Below, piece by piece: positions 1 through 9,663 of a stretch of 64,000 bases of DNA. Source of the DNA: Cenarchaeum sp. (lineage in GTDB: Archaea; Thermoproteota; Nitrososphaeria; Nitrososphaerales; Nitrosopumilaceae); assembly GCA_965242695.1 (NCBI GenBank), contig CBDESU010000002.1, forward strand, positions 1,312,001 to 1,376,000. The letters are read 5' to 3'. A program made the translations under genes and the position numbers. A model generated the notes under the pieces. The model made no database searches and was not told the origin of the DNA. It was given only the letters and a program-made list of their open reading frames with translations. Each line of letters begins with the position of its first letter. Position 1 is the stretch's first letter.

Positions 1-906
1 CGCGCCCGGCACGAGCACGTCGCAGTCGTACGTGAGGAGCTCTTCGGTGCTGATCTGCGAGCTGGACCCGTACCCGACGACCGTCCCCGTCCTCTTCTTG
101 TGCTCTAGAATGTCGTCGACCCTGGCGCCGCCGGGGATCGATATCGACCCCTTCGAGTCGCTCGCGGCGACGACCGTCGCGCCCTCCTTCTCGAGGTACT
201 TGCCGGCGTATATGGACGCGTTGCCGAACCCCTGCAGGGCCACCTTTGCGCCGCTCAGGCCGATGCCGCGGACCCTTGCCGCCTCCCTTACGCAGTACGC
301 GGTGCCGAGGCCCGTCGCGACGTTCCTCGCAAGCGAGCCGCCCATGTCGATGAGCTTGCCCGTGATCACGCCGGGCATCTGCCTCTTGCCGTTGAGCTTG
401 TTGTACACGTCCATGATCTGCACCATCTCGGTGCCCGTCGTGTACACGTCGGGGGCCGGAATGTCCTTTTCGGGGCCGATGATCTCGGCGATCTCGAACG
501 CAAACCGCCTAGTGATCCGCTCCTTCTCGCCGGCGCTCAGGTTCTCCTTCTTGGGGTTGACGTACACGCCGCCCTTGCCGCCGCCGAGCGGGACGTCGAC
601 TACGGCGCACTTCCACGTCATCCACGACGACAGGGCCATGACCTCGCGTTCCATGTAGGCGGGGCCGCCCTCTGGGTCAAAGTACCGTATGCCGCCCTTG
701 TAGGGGCCGCGGTCGTTGTTGTGCTGGCTGCGGAACCCGATGAACATGCGCAACGTCCCGTCGTCCATCCTGACGGGTATCTTTACGCGCAGGATGCGGT
801 TGGGCAGGGCAAGATAGTCGCGCGTCCCCTGGTCCTGGATGCCGAGTATGTCGCACGCGTCGTTGACCTGCTTTGTCGCGTTGTCAAACGGGTCGTTCCC
901 TGCCAT
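1..906 (-). CDS. gdhA: Glu/Leu/Phe/Val family glutamate dehydrogenase, 3' end runs off the window
   Basis: Manual reverse translation MAGNDPFDNATKQV...RGPYKGGIRY...MTWKCAVVDVPLGGGKGG...DIPAPDVYT...QGFGN; TTATAA at 931-936, 25 bp upstream; absent from ORF track because truncated. Confidence 0.93.
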   Translation of the reverse strand, partial: MAGNDPFDNATKQVNDACDILGIQDQGTRDYLALPNRILRVKIPVRMDDGTLRMFIGFRSQHNNDRGPYKGGIRYFDPEGGPAYMEREVMALSSWMTWKCAVVDVPLGGGKGGVYVNPKKENLSAGEKERITRRFAFEIAEIIGPEKDIPAPDVYTTGTEMVQIMDVYNKLNGKRQMPGVITGKLIDMGGSLARNVATGLGTAYCVREAARVRGIGLSGAKVALQGFGNASIYAGKYLEKEGATVVAASDSKGSISIPGGARVDDILEHKKRTGTVVGYGSSSQISTEELLTYDCDVLVPGA

Positions 907-930
907 ATGCCGGCGCGCCTAACATGGCGG

Positions 931-936
931 TTATAA
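931..936 (-). promoter_or_regulatory. TATA box of gdhA (leaderless spacing)
   Basis: TTATAA in GC-rich background 25 bp before the ATG. Confidence 0.6.
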
Positions 937-1078
937 GTGATCCTATGGGGGGATCCGCCCGCGCGGGGGGGGGGGTGCGGGGAACGAGGCGCCGCCGCCG
1001 CGGGCGCCCGTCACGGCAGGGGCAGGATGGGGGGGGGGCGCGGGAGCGTGGGATGGGCAGAGGGCGGAGCCTGCCTCG

Positions 1079-1483
1079 CTAGTAGTAGACCCGGCGCACC
1101 CTTGACCGGGCCTGGAGCTTTTCGATGACTTGGTCTAGCGCGCGGATGTTGTGCTCTAGCATGTCCGAGACGCGAAAGACGGCCCCGTACCCGTCGCCGG
1201 CCCTGGCCACGAGGCTGTTCTTCCGCATGACCTGCAGGTGGCGCTGCACCGACTTGTAGTCCATGCCCATCGAGCCTGCGAGCTGGTGCGTGTTGCGCGG
1301 CGCATCGAGGAGGATCATGACGATGCGCAACCTCGTAAACCCGCCTGCGGTGCCGGCGAACAGGTGCATGAGCAGGCGCCGGACGTGCCTGTCCGTCCGC
1401 CCCTCCATGGGGTCGCCCATGCGGCCTATCCTGTCCCTGAACTCTACGAGCTGCCCAGAGTCGAGCCTAGCCGGCGAGATCAA
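1079..1483 (-). CDS. ArsR-like winged-helix transcriptional regulator
   Basis: FAGTAGGFTRLRIV...PRNTHQLA..MGMDYKSVQRHLQVM..NSLV..AGDGYGAVF; TTG start chosen from TTATAA at 1508-1513. Confidence 0.8.
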   Translation of the reverse strand: MISPARLDSGQLVEFRDRIGRMGDPMEGRTDRHVRRLLMHLFAGTAGGFTRLRIVMILLDAPRNTHQLAGSMGMDYKSVQRHLQVMRKNSLVARAGDGYGAVFRVSDMLEHNIRALDQVIEKLQARSRVRRVYY

Positions 1484-1596
1484 CGCCGTGTAGGACGGCA
1501 CGGTTCCTTATAAGCATTTGCCCATGTCTCCGGGGCCGGCCCCCTCAGAGCATGCCCCTGCTACCCTTAAATCTGCCCGCCGGCGCGGGCCGCCGC

Positions 1597-2364
1597 ATGA
1601 TGGCGTCGCGGGGGTACGACATGACCCCGACCATGTACTCGCCCGACGGCCGGATATACCAGGTCGAGTATGCGATCGAGACCGTCAAGCGGGGCACCCT
1701 GGCAGTCGGGGCTAGGTCGAAGGAGGGCGTCGTCGTGGCAGTCGAGGAAAAGCCCCTGCGCCTGCAGACGTCAAAGACGACGCAAAAGATATTCCAGGTC
1801 GACAGGCACATCGGCATAGCGGCGGCGGGGTACACGCCCGATGCGCGCGTGCAGGTCGACAACGCGCGGTACTTTTCGCAGGGGACGCGCATGACGTACG
1901 ACGAGCCCGTAGAGGTCGAGACGGTCGCAAAGCACCTTGCCGACCAGTGCCACCAGTTCACGCAGTACTCGGGGGTGCGCCCGTACGGCGTGTCCCTCAT
2001 CGTGGCCGGGGTCGACGCAAAGGGCGAGCGCCTGTTCGTGACCGACCCGAGCGGCACGTTCGTCCCGTACTCGGCCGTCGCGATAGGAGCCGGCTCGGAC
2101 GAGGCCAACTCGTTCCTGGAGGCCAGGTACGACCCGGGCATGGGCATCGAGGACGCCTCGGTGCTCGCAGTCGCCGCCATCGCCCTCAAGGCGAAGAGGA
2201 CGGGGGCGGCGGGGCACGGCTCTAGCGAAGATGCGGCGGCGCAGGCCTCGTCCAACATTAGGATGGCGCGGGTGCGGCCTGGCGGCGACGACCTCGAGTT
2301 CATCGCCGACGGCGGCCTAGAGGGGTACGCAAAGGCGGCGCTTGAAAAGTACGGGCGCGACTAG
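1597..2364 (+). CDS. psmA: 20S proteasome alpha subunit
   Basis: N-terminal GYDMTPTMYSPDGRIYQVEYA signature; RPYGVSLIVAG; DPSG. Confidence 0.96.
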   Translation: MMASRGYDMTPTMYSPDGRIYQVEYAIETVKRGTLAVGARSKEGVVVAVEEKPLRLQTSKTTQKIFQVDRHIGIAAAGYTPDARVQVDNARYFSQGTRMTYDEPVEVETVAKHLADQCHQFTQYSGVRPYGVSLIVAGVDAKGERLFVTDPSGTFVPYSAVAIGAGSDEANSFLEARYDPGMGIEDASVLAVAAIALKAKRTGAAGHGSSEDAAAQASSNIRMARVRPGGDDLEFIADGGLEGYAKAALEKYGRD

Positions 2365-2466
2365 CGGCAGCGCGGCCCGCGCCCTTGGCGGCGCATTGCG
2401 TGCGGCGGCGCAGGGCAAGGCAGGGCAAGGCAAGGCAAATACGGCCCGCGCGCCGGCGCGGCGCGC

Positions 2467-3183
2467 ATGGGGCTGGGGGATCAGTGGGCAGGCGTGATCG
2501 ACGTCCTCAGCCAGATCATACCCGTGTACGACCGCGTAAACTCATACATCTCGCTCGGACGCGACGCCGAGCACCGGCGGCGCGGCATATCGGGGCGCGT
2601 CTCGGCCGGCGACCGCGTGCTCGACGCGGGGTCGGGGTTTGGCAACATGTCGGCCGCGGCGTCGGCACTGTGCGGCGGCCGCATCGAGGTTACGATGTGC
2701 GATCCGCTCGTGCCGATGCTCGAGCGCGCCGGCTGCCTGGCAGGAGGGCAGGGCGCCGCGGATGCCGCCGCCCCTACACCGCGCCGCTCGTGCGGCGTGT
2801 TTGAGCACATGCCCTTCCGCAGCGGGCAGTTTGATGCCGTCCTGTGCGGCTACTCGCTGCGCGATGCGATCCGCTTGCGCGCCGCGATCGCCGAGCTCCA
2901 CCGCGTCCTCAAGGACGGCGGCCGGCTCGTCGTAGTCGACCTCGGCAAGCCGGACAACCGGCTCGTCAGGGCAGGCGTGGCGGCGTACCTGCGCCTCCTT
3001 CTCCCCGTCGTGGCCCTTGCCGCCGGCGGCCGGCTGGGCCTCAAGTTCGGCGCGCTGTACGGCACGTTCAGGCGGTGGCCGGCCAACGCGCGGCTCGAGG
3101 GGCTGCTCTTGGAGCGGTTCTCCCGCGTAGAGTTCGAGACTGACCTGATGGGCGGCGCAATAATGGTCGCCGCGTACAAGTGA
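2467..3183 (+). CDS. Class I SAM-dependent methyltransferase, UbiE/MenG family
   Basis: YDRVN..ISLG, VLDAGSGFG motif I, EHMPFR..FDAV, ELHRVLKDGG. Confidence 0.85.
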   Translation: MGLGDQWAGVIDVLSQIIPVYDRVNSYISLGRDAEHRRRGISGRVSAGDRVLDAGSGFGNMSAAASALCGGRIEVTMCDPLVPMLERAGCLAGGQGAADAAAPTPRRSCGVFEHMPFRSGQFDAVLCGYSLRDAIRLRAAIAELHRVLKDGGRLVVVDLGKPDNRLVRAGVAAYLRLLLPVVALAAGGRLGLKFGALYGTFRRWPANARLEGLLLERFSRVEFETDLMGGAIMVAAYK

Positions 3184-3201
3184 GGCGCCGCGCGGGATGC
3201 G

Positions 3202-3627
3202 TCAGCAGACGCCGGCCATGACCTCGGCCAGGTCGTCGCGGTCGTACTTGACGCGGTCGCCGTCCGGCTCGGTGCACAGGTAGGCGCTCGTAGCATCGCC
3301 GGTGTCGGCGTTGTACTCGATGATGAGGCTGTCGGTCTCGAAGACGCTGCCGTCCTCGTCTATGGCGCGAAGCTCGTACTGGTAGTGGGGGGGCAGGATG
3401 CTGATCGTGTCCTCCATGTAGTCCGGGTACAGCCTCTTGAACTCGACTGACTCTGGGTACGCGCCGAGCCTTTCGGCCACCTCGTCGCTGCTCGTTTCGA
3501 CCTGCGCCGCGTCGCCGCCGAACTCGATGGTGAAGTCGAGGGCCGCCATGAGGAACGCGAGTGCCAGCGCTATTACCACCGCGATGCCGATTGCGACCCC
3601 GACGAGTATCTTTACGGCCGTTCCCAA
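3202..3627 (-). CDS. Hypothetical acidic protein with N-terminal membrane anchor
   Basis: TTG start, hydrophobic ILVGVAIGIAVVIALALAFLMAAL, coding-like codon usage; TTATATA at 3651-3657. Confidence 0.75.
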   Translation of the reverse strand: MGTAVKILVGVAIGIAVVIALALAFLMAALDFTIEFGGDAAQVETSSDEVAERLGAYPESVEFKRLYPDYMEDTISILPPHYQYELRAIDEDGSVFETDSLIIEYNADTGDATSAYLCTEPDGDRVKYDRDDLAEVMAGVC

Positions 3628-4180
3628 CGGGGGCGCGCGCCGCCGGGCCGTATATAACGCTTGATTGGGGCGCGCGATCCGGGCCGCCGCCCGGCCCGGC
3701 AGTCTGGCCGCTGCCCTGCGATTCCTCCCGGTGCCGGCAAGGTGGCCAAAGGGACACGCCCTTTGCAAGCGGCGCCCCGGAGGGAGGCAGGCAGGGCCCT
3801 GTTCGGCGCAGGAACGCCGGGCGCGCTTCCAGCAACAGCGGCGACGGTGCAGATGCCGCATTGGCGGCCGCCGCCGGGCCGCGCCGGCCGGGCCGCTGCG
3901 CGCCATGGCCCGCTGCGCGCCGGCATGCGGCCAAGGGGCTGCCTGCCTGCCCGAGCCCGTGCAGGGCTGCGGCGCGGCGGCGGGTCGCGGATGCTTGGGG
4001 GACGCCGGCCGCGTGAGGATCCGGCCGCCCAGGAGTCGGGGCCGCCCGCGGGCGCGGGCGCCGGCACGGGGGCGGCCCTTCAGGGCCGGCCTCGCAGGAG
4101 GACCGGCTTGCGGAGCCGCGGCCTGGGCGTGCGGGCGCCGCGCCGGTGGGATTAATACGCCGAGCCGCCCGTTGCGCGGC

Positions 4181-4594
4181 ATGCCGTACGGGCACGCCCT
4201 CAACGTGGCAGGAACCGAGTGGATCATCATCGTGTTCGCCGTACTTGTGCTCATACTCGGCACCAACAAGCTGCCCGAGGCGGCCAAAAAGTTCGGCCGC
4301 GCCGTAAACGAGTACAACCGCGCAAAGGAGGGCGTCAGGGACCAGGTCCAGAGCATGGCTGGCGGGACGGCCGGCAGCGGCAAGGGCGGCGGCCCGGGCA
4401 CCGTCAGGGTCGCCGGCCCCGTCGGGACCGAGAGGGAAAAGCTAGAGGCCATATGCGACTCGCTCGGCATAGGGCATGCCGGCAGGACGGACGACGAGCT
4501 GCGCAGCCTTGTTGCCGAGCGCATGGGGGCCGGCACGGCAGGGGGGTCCGCGCCCCCGGCGGGCTCTGGCTCGAGCCAGGGCGGCGCGGCCTGA
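4181..4594 (+). CDS. tatA: Twin-arginine translocase TatA/E family subunit
   Basis: GTEWIIIVFAVLVLILGTNKLPEAAKKFGRAVNEY; ATTAAT at 4151. Confidence 0.88.
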   Translation: MPYGHALNVAGTEWIIIVFAVLVLILGTNKLPEAAKKFGRAVNEYNRAKEGVRDQVQSMAGGTAGSGKGGGPGTVRVAGPVGTEREKLEAICDSLGIGHAGRTDDELRSLVAERMGAGTAGGSAPPAGSGSSQGGAA

Positions 4595-5413
4595 CTAGAG
4601 CCGCTGCTGCCGGCCCCCGCCAGGCCCCCGCGCGCCGCCGGCCGCCCCGGCGCCCCCTTCTTCCTCCAGCCTGCGCCCTGCAAACTCGTAGTACTTTTTG
4701 GACACCTCGAACCCCATGTAGCGCCTGCCCATGCGCTTGGAAACGACGGCGACCTGGCCCGAACCGAGGAACGGGTCGAGCACCAGGTCCCCCTCGACGC
4801 TAGAGTAGGCGAGTATCTTGGCGACGACCTCTGTGGGCAGCTTTGTCGGCGTCTTTTCGCTGCCCCTCCAGTACTCGCGCTTTATGTCCCACACGTCCTC
4901 CTTGTCCCTGTAGTGGAGGCTCCCGCCGGACGCACTCCTCTCGCCCTTTTCGAACCTGGCGTACGGGTAGAACCTCCTCTTTGCGGGGTCCTTGCAGACG
5001 TACGGGCAGTGGTAGTGCGACGTCACGTACTTTGTCTTTGTGACGACGCCGAACTGGTACTTCCAGATTATGTGGTTGACGGTCTCGAACCCCGTGTCGT
5101 CGAGCGCGGCAAGGACGTCCTTGAGGTTATTCCACCCCGAGAATACGTACATGCTGCCCGAGTCCTTGAGCACCCTGTGCGCCTGCCGCATCCACGCCGA
5201 GGTGAAGTCGTAGTACCCGCCGGCGCTGACCTCGCCGTACCCCTCGAGCACGAGCGAGGCGGTGCGGTTGTAGTTGGCCCTTGCGGCGCCGAACCCGATG
5301 GCGAACGGCGGGTCGGTGACGATCAGGTCGACGGTCGAGTCGCCGACTGCGCCCATGCCGCGTATGCAGTCCTCGTTGTATATGGCGTCGGGCCGCGCCG
5401 GGCTCTTGGGCAC
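4595..5413 (-). CDS. Site-specific DNA methyltransferase (N6-adenine/N4-cytosine, beta-class motif order)
   Basis: Motif IV TDPPF precedes motif I VLDPFLGSG; PTKLP; GTG start inferred. Confidence 0.9.
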   Translation of the reverse strand: MPKSPARPDAIYNEDCIRGMGAVGDSTVDLIVTDPPFAIGFGAARANYNRTASLVLEGYGEVSAGGYYDFTSAWMRQAHRVLKDSGSMYVFSGWNNLKDVLAALDDTGFETVNHIIWKYQFGVVTKTKYVTSHYHCPYVCKDPAKRRFYPYARFEKGERSASGGSLHYRDKEDVWDIKREYWRGSEKTPTKLPTEVVAKILAYSSVEGDLVLDPFLGSGQVAVVSKRMGRRYMGFEVSKKYYEFAGRRLEEEGGAGAAGGARGPGGGRQQRL

Positions 5414-5611
5414 GGGCGCCGCCCGGCCGCCTTCCCTAATAACCGTCGGATGCACCGCGCGGGGGGGAGGGGGGCGATGCCCGCCCGTGCGCGGCCCGGC
5501 GGGGCGGTGGTGGATCCGCGGCTGGGGGGGGGGACGGCGGCAGGGCGGGCCGCGGGCGGCCCAGCGCTGCGTCAAATAAAGGCGGCCTCGGCCGCGGGGC
5601 GGTAGCCGGAG

Positions 5612-5800
5612 CTACTTGATCTTTGCCTTTGCCTTTTCGGCCTCTGCCTTTTCTTCCTTGAGGTGGTCCTTGAGAAGCTGCTCGTGCTCCTTCTTGTGGT
5701 CGGTGTAGGCTTTGTTGGCGGCCTGCTTCGTCTTTGCGGCCTTGAGGTCGGCCTTGAACTTTTTGTGGCTTGCCGCCACTAGGGAGGTATAGCTTGCCAT
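5612..5800 (-). CDS. Small Lys/Ala-rich helical hypothetical protein (62 aa)
   Basis: MASYTSLVAASHKKFKADLK...AEKAKAKIK; coding-type composition; AT-rich element ~25 bp upstream. Confidence 0.7.
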   Translation of the reverse strand: MASYTSLVAASHKKFKADLKAAKTKQAANKAYTDHKKEHEQLLKDHLKEEKAEAEKAKAKIK

Positions 5801-5897
5801 GCCGGGGGGCGCCGGGGGTTGTAGATAACTCTGCCGCCGGGCCTCGGCGGCCGCCCCGGGCCCAAGCAATAAATCGCGCCGCCCCCATGCGGCAGCG

Positions 5898-8570
5898 TTG
5901 GCACAGCGGTACCCGTGCCCCGCGTGCGACTCTTCCCTAGACATACGCCCGATGTACAACAAGAAGATCCACGTGCGGTGCCCCGGCTGCGGCCGCGCAG
6001 ACGTGATCGACCCGTGCGGCAACCTGGACGGGGTCGTGCTGGAGTTTGCCTGCAGGTGCGACGACGGGCGCATCGCGGCGCCAGGCGAGGGCGCCGGCGC
6101 CGGCGCCGGAGCCGGCATGCTGCCCGAGCGCCTCGCCGACGAGCGCCTGCTGCGCAGCCCCGCCGAGATCGACGAGATGATCGGCGGCGGCGACATCGAC
6201 GCGCTGACCGACAAAATCCTGCGCACGCAGGACGCGTACGTGTCGCACTACGAGAGGATCGAGCGGCCGGGGCCTGCGCCCGGCCCCGCCGTCGGCTCGG
6301 TCGGGCTCGGCGAGGGCATCTCCTCGCACCTTGCCTCCTCGGGCATTGCCGCGTTCCACGCGTTCCAGGCCGACGCGATCGGGCGCATCCTGGAAGGAGA
6401 GAACGTCGTAATCGAGGCGCCGACCGCGTCTGGCAAGACCGAAGCGTTCGCGGTGCCCGTGGTCGAGTCGCTGCGCCGCGGCATCGGCCCCGAAGGCCCC
6501 GGAGGCCGCGGCGGCGCGCCGCGCGGCATCTCGGCGCTGTTCGTGTACCCTACAAAGGCCCTCGCGCGCGACCAGCTGCCAAAGGTCTCGGCGCTTGCAG
6601 AGTCGGCCGGACTGCGCGCGGCCGCCTTTGACGGCGACACGCCCGAGCCCGAGAGGGCCCGCATCCTGCGCCGCCCGCCGCACGTCCTTGCGACAAACTT
6701 TGACGTCCTGCACTACCATATGATGCGCCGCACGCGCCTGTCGGCGCTCTTCTCGTCTGTGCGCCACCTCGTCGTCGACGAGGCCCACGTATACTCGGGC
6801 GTGTTCGGGTCGGCCGTCCACCACGTGGTGCGCCGCCTGGACCGGATCGCCGGGCGGCGCGTGCAGGTGGTCGCCGCCTCTGCCACGCTCGGCAACGCGG
6901 CCGAGTTCTGCGGCAGGCTGTTCGGGCGCCCGTTCTCGAGCGCGCGCGGAGCCGGCGCGGCCTCGCAGATCGAGTTTGCGATGCTGTTCCCCACGATGGC
7001 CCCGCGCAGCGCCGTCGTGGCCGGACTGGCCCGGGACATGTCGGTAGCCCACCGGAAGAAGACGATGATCTTCAGCGGCTCGCACGCCGGCGCCGAGGTG
7101 GCCGCCATAAAGGCGGGCCGGCGCGGCGTCAAGATCGGCGTGCACCGCGCCGGCCTGTCCGACAGGCACCGGAGGTCAGTCGAGGACTCGTTCAGGCGCG
7201 GCGAGCTGCGCGCCGTGTCGTGCACGCCCACGCTCGAGCTCGGCATCGACATCGGCGACGTCGACGCCGTCGTCTCCTCGCCGGCCCCGTACAACCGGCT
7301 CGTGCAGCGGATGGGCAGGGCGGCGCGCCAGCGCGGCCGGCGCGGGTACGCGGTCCTTGCGCTAGGCAACGACCCGATATCGCAGTACTACAGCAACCAC
7401 CCCGCGGACTACTTTGAGGACTCGGAGGGGCTGTACGTCGACCCGTCAAACCCCGTGGTCGTCTCGCACCAGGCGCTCGCCATGGCCTGCGACAGGGCCG
7501 TCCTGCCCGAAGAGGCCGGCGCGGACGTGAGGGCGGCGCTCGACGAGCACGTGCGGCTCGGCAACGCGGTGGTGAGGGGAGGGCGGTACGCGGCGGTCCC
7601 CGAAAGGGCGTACGAGGCCCTCTCGTCGTACAACATACGCGGCATCGGCGAGTCGCTCGACATCGTGCTCGGCGGGCGCCGCGTAGGCGAGCGCGCCTTT
7701 CCAATGGCCCTCGACGAGCTCCACCCGGACGCGGTGTACCTCTTGGCCGGCGCGCGGTACCGCGTGAGGAGCAACGACCATCCGCGAGGCGGCCGCCACG
7801 CCGTCATAGAGCCGATCCGCGGCGGCCCTCCGTACTACACGAGGGCCGTTGCAACGGTGTGGCCGCGCGTAGAGGAGGTGCTCGATGAGCGCACCGTCTT
7901 CGGCGCCGAGGTCGCCATGTGCAGGCTGCGGCTGCGCCGCGTCGTGAGCGGGTACGTCGTAGTCGACCTGGCCGACGAGGCCGGCGCTCCCGCGTCGGCC
8001 GGCGAGTCCGTGCCGCTTGCCGAGCCGCTAGAGTACTCTTACGAGACGCGGGGGATCGTGCTGCGCGCGCCGCGGCCGCTCGAGCGCATTGCGGACATGG
8101 CCGCCTCGCCCGACGAGTACTCGGCCGCCCCGGGGGCAGCCGATGCGCCGGGGCCGGCCGAGTTTGCCGCCGCCGCCTCGTTCCACGCGGCCGAGCACGT
8201 CCTGATCGAGGCGGGCAGCATGGTGACGGGAGCCGCCCCGCGCGACCTCGGCGGCATATCGCTAGGCGATACGGGGATCATATTCGTCCACGACGGGGCC
8301 GTCGGCGGCACGGGCGCGAGCCGCGCACTGTACGGCAAGCTAGAGGCAGCGGCCGAGCGGGCCGCCGCCGTGCTGCGCGAGTGCCCGTGCAGGGGCCGCG
8401 ACGGGTGCCCGCGCTGCACGTACTCGTACATGTGCGGCAACAACAACGCGATGCTCGACAAGGCAGGCGCGCTGGAGGCGCTCTCGCGCCTCGTGTCGGG
8501 CGAGGCGACCATCCTTGGCGAGGATGTCAGGGCCGGCGCCGAGCCGGCCGATGCCGCGCCCGTGGTGTGA
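5898..8570 (+). CDS. DEAH-box SF2 helicase with C-terminal DUF1998 Zn domain (Hrq1/MrfA/YprA-like) and N-terminal Zn ribbon
   Basis: APTASGKT, YPTKALARDQ, DEAH, SAT, TLELGIDIG, QRMGRAAR, C-terminal CPC..GCPRC; N-terminal CPAC/CPGC. Confidence 0.92.
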   Translation: MAQRYPCPACDSSLDIRPMYNKKIHVRCPGCGRADVIDPCGNLDGVVLEFACRCDDGRIAAPGEGAGAGAGAGMLPERLADERLLRSPAEIDEMIGGGDIDALTDKILRTQDAYVSHYERIERPGPAPGPAVGSVGLGEGISSHLASSGIAAFHAFQADAIGRILEGENVVIEAPTASGKTEAFAVPVVESLRRGIGPEGPGGRGGAPRGISALFVYPTKALARDQLPKVSALAESAGLRAAAFDGDTPEPERARILRRPPHVLATNFDVLHYHMMRRTRLSALFSSVRHLVVDEAHVYSGVFGSAVHHVVRRLDRIAGRRVQVVAASATLGNAAEFCGRLFGRPFSSARGAGAASQIEFAMLFPTMAPRSAVVAGLARDMSVAHRKKTMIFSGSHAGAEVAAIKAGRRGVKIGVHRAGLSDRHRRSVEDSFRRGELRAVSCTPTLELGIDIGDVDAVVSSPAPYNRLVQRMGRAARQRGRRGYAVLALGNDPISQYYSNHPADYFEDSEGLYVDPSNPVVVSHQALAMACDRAVLPEEAGADVRAALDEHVRLGNAVVRGGRYAAVPERAYEALSSYNIRGIGESLDIVLGGRRVGERAFPMALDELHPDAVYLLAGARYRVRSNDHPRGGRHAVIEPIRGGPPYYTRAVATVWPRVEEVLDERTVFGAEVAMCRLRLRRVVSGYVVVDLADEAGAPASAGESVPLAEPLEYSYETRGIVLRAPRPLERIADMAASPDEYSAAPGAADAPGPAEFAAAASFHAAEHVLIEAGSMVTGAAPRDLGGISLGDTGIIFVHDGAVGGTGASRALYGKLEAAAERAAAVLRECPCRGRDGCPRCTYSYMCGNNNAMLDKAGALEALSRLVSGEATILGEDVRAGAEPADAAPVV

Positions 8571-8613
8571 TCGGCGCGCGGCGGTTATTATATGGGCCGC
8601 GCGGGGGCCGCGC

Positions 8614-9477
8614 ATGGCGGGGAACGGGAGGCGGGTGTCCGTCGTCACGGGCAGCTCGTCGGGAATAGGACTGGCCGCCTCGCTGGCCCTTGCGCGCGCG
8701 GGGCACACCGTATACGCGACGATGCGCGACACGTCTCGGGGCGGCAGCCTCGGGGATGCCGCCTCGTCCGAGGGCCTCGACGTGCGCATATCGCAGATGG
8801 ACGTCGACGACGATGCGTCCGTGGATGCGGCGGTGCGGCGCGTGCGGGAAGAGGCGGGGCGCATCGACGTCCTTGTCAACAACGCCGGCTACGGGGCGGT
8901 CGGCGCCGTCGAGGACATTCCGATGGGAGACTTCAAGGCGCAGTTCGAGACGAACCTGTTCGGGGTCGTCCGCGTGATCAAGGCGGCCGCCCCCGCGATG
9001 CGGAGGACTGCCGCGGAGGGGGGAAGTGGCCCGGGCCCGACCATCGTGAACATAAGCTCGGTCGCCGGCCGCATCGGGTTCCCGGCGACCTCGGCGTACA
9101 TTAGCTCAAAGTTTGCGCTAGAGGGGCTCAGCGAGAGCCTGTCGTACGAGCTTGCGCCGTTTGGAGTGCGCGTCGTGATCGTAGAACCAGGCGTCATAAA
9201 GACGAACTTTTTCGACTCCATGCGCACGTGCGAGGCGCCGGCCGGCTCGCCGTACGCTGACATGACGGCCAAGATGGTCGCAAACGTGCGCATGATGGTC
9301 GAGCTCGGCACCGAGGCCGGCGAGGTCGCCGATGCGATCGTGAAGGCCGCCGAGTCGGACAAGCCCCTGCCGCGGTACGTCGTCGGCAACGACGCCGTCA
9401 TGTTCATAGAGGCGCGCAGGTCGAGGACGGACGCAGAGTTCGCCGAGTACATGTCCAAGGAGCTCTTCAGCAGATAA
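8614..9477 (+). CDS. Short-chain dehydrogenase/reductase (SDR)
   Basis: TGSSSGIG, NNAG, YISSK catalytic YxxxK. Confidence 0.93.
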   Translation: MAGNGRRVSVVTGSSSGIGLAASLALARAGHTVYATMRDTSRGGSLGDAASSEGLDVRISQMDVDDDASVDAAVRRVREEAGRIDVLVNNAGYGAVGAVEDIPMGDFKAQFETNLFGVVRVIKAAAPAMRRTAAEGGSGPGPTIVNISSVAGRIGFPATSAYISSKFALEGLSESLSYELAPFGVRVVIVEPGVIKTNFFDSMRTCEAPAGSPYADMTAKMVANVRMMVELGTEAGEVADAIVKAAESDKPLPRYVVGNDAVMFIEARRSRTDAEFAEYMSKELFSR

Positions 9478-9663
9478 GCGATCGGCGCCGCCTTCGGTGC
9501 GATCCCTGCCGGACGCCCTGCGGATGCCGCGATCCCGTTGCCTGCGCCCCCTTTGCCGCGCCCGGCGGCCCGCCTGCGCAGTCCTGCGCCGGCCCCTGCG
9601 GCCCTGCCACCCGTGTTAAATTATATACGCGCCGCCGGTCGGCCGGCCGCTCCGTGTAGGAAG

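Noticed and set aside
2410-2440. Short ggcaa/ggcag microsatellite upstream of the methyltransferase
   Set aside because: Few imperfect copies; no evidence of function
3660-4150. Long GC-rich intergenic region as possible SRP or RNase P RNA
   Set aside because: Could not find the SRP helix-8 or RNase P GAGGAAAGTCC motifs on either strand; an Rfam search would be needed
4595-8570. DISARM system
   Set aside because: No DrmC (PLD), DrmD or DrmE; genes are divergent, not operonic
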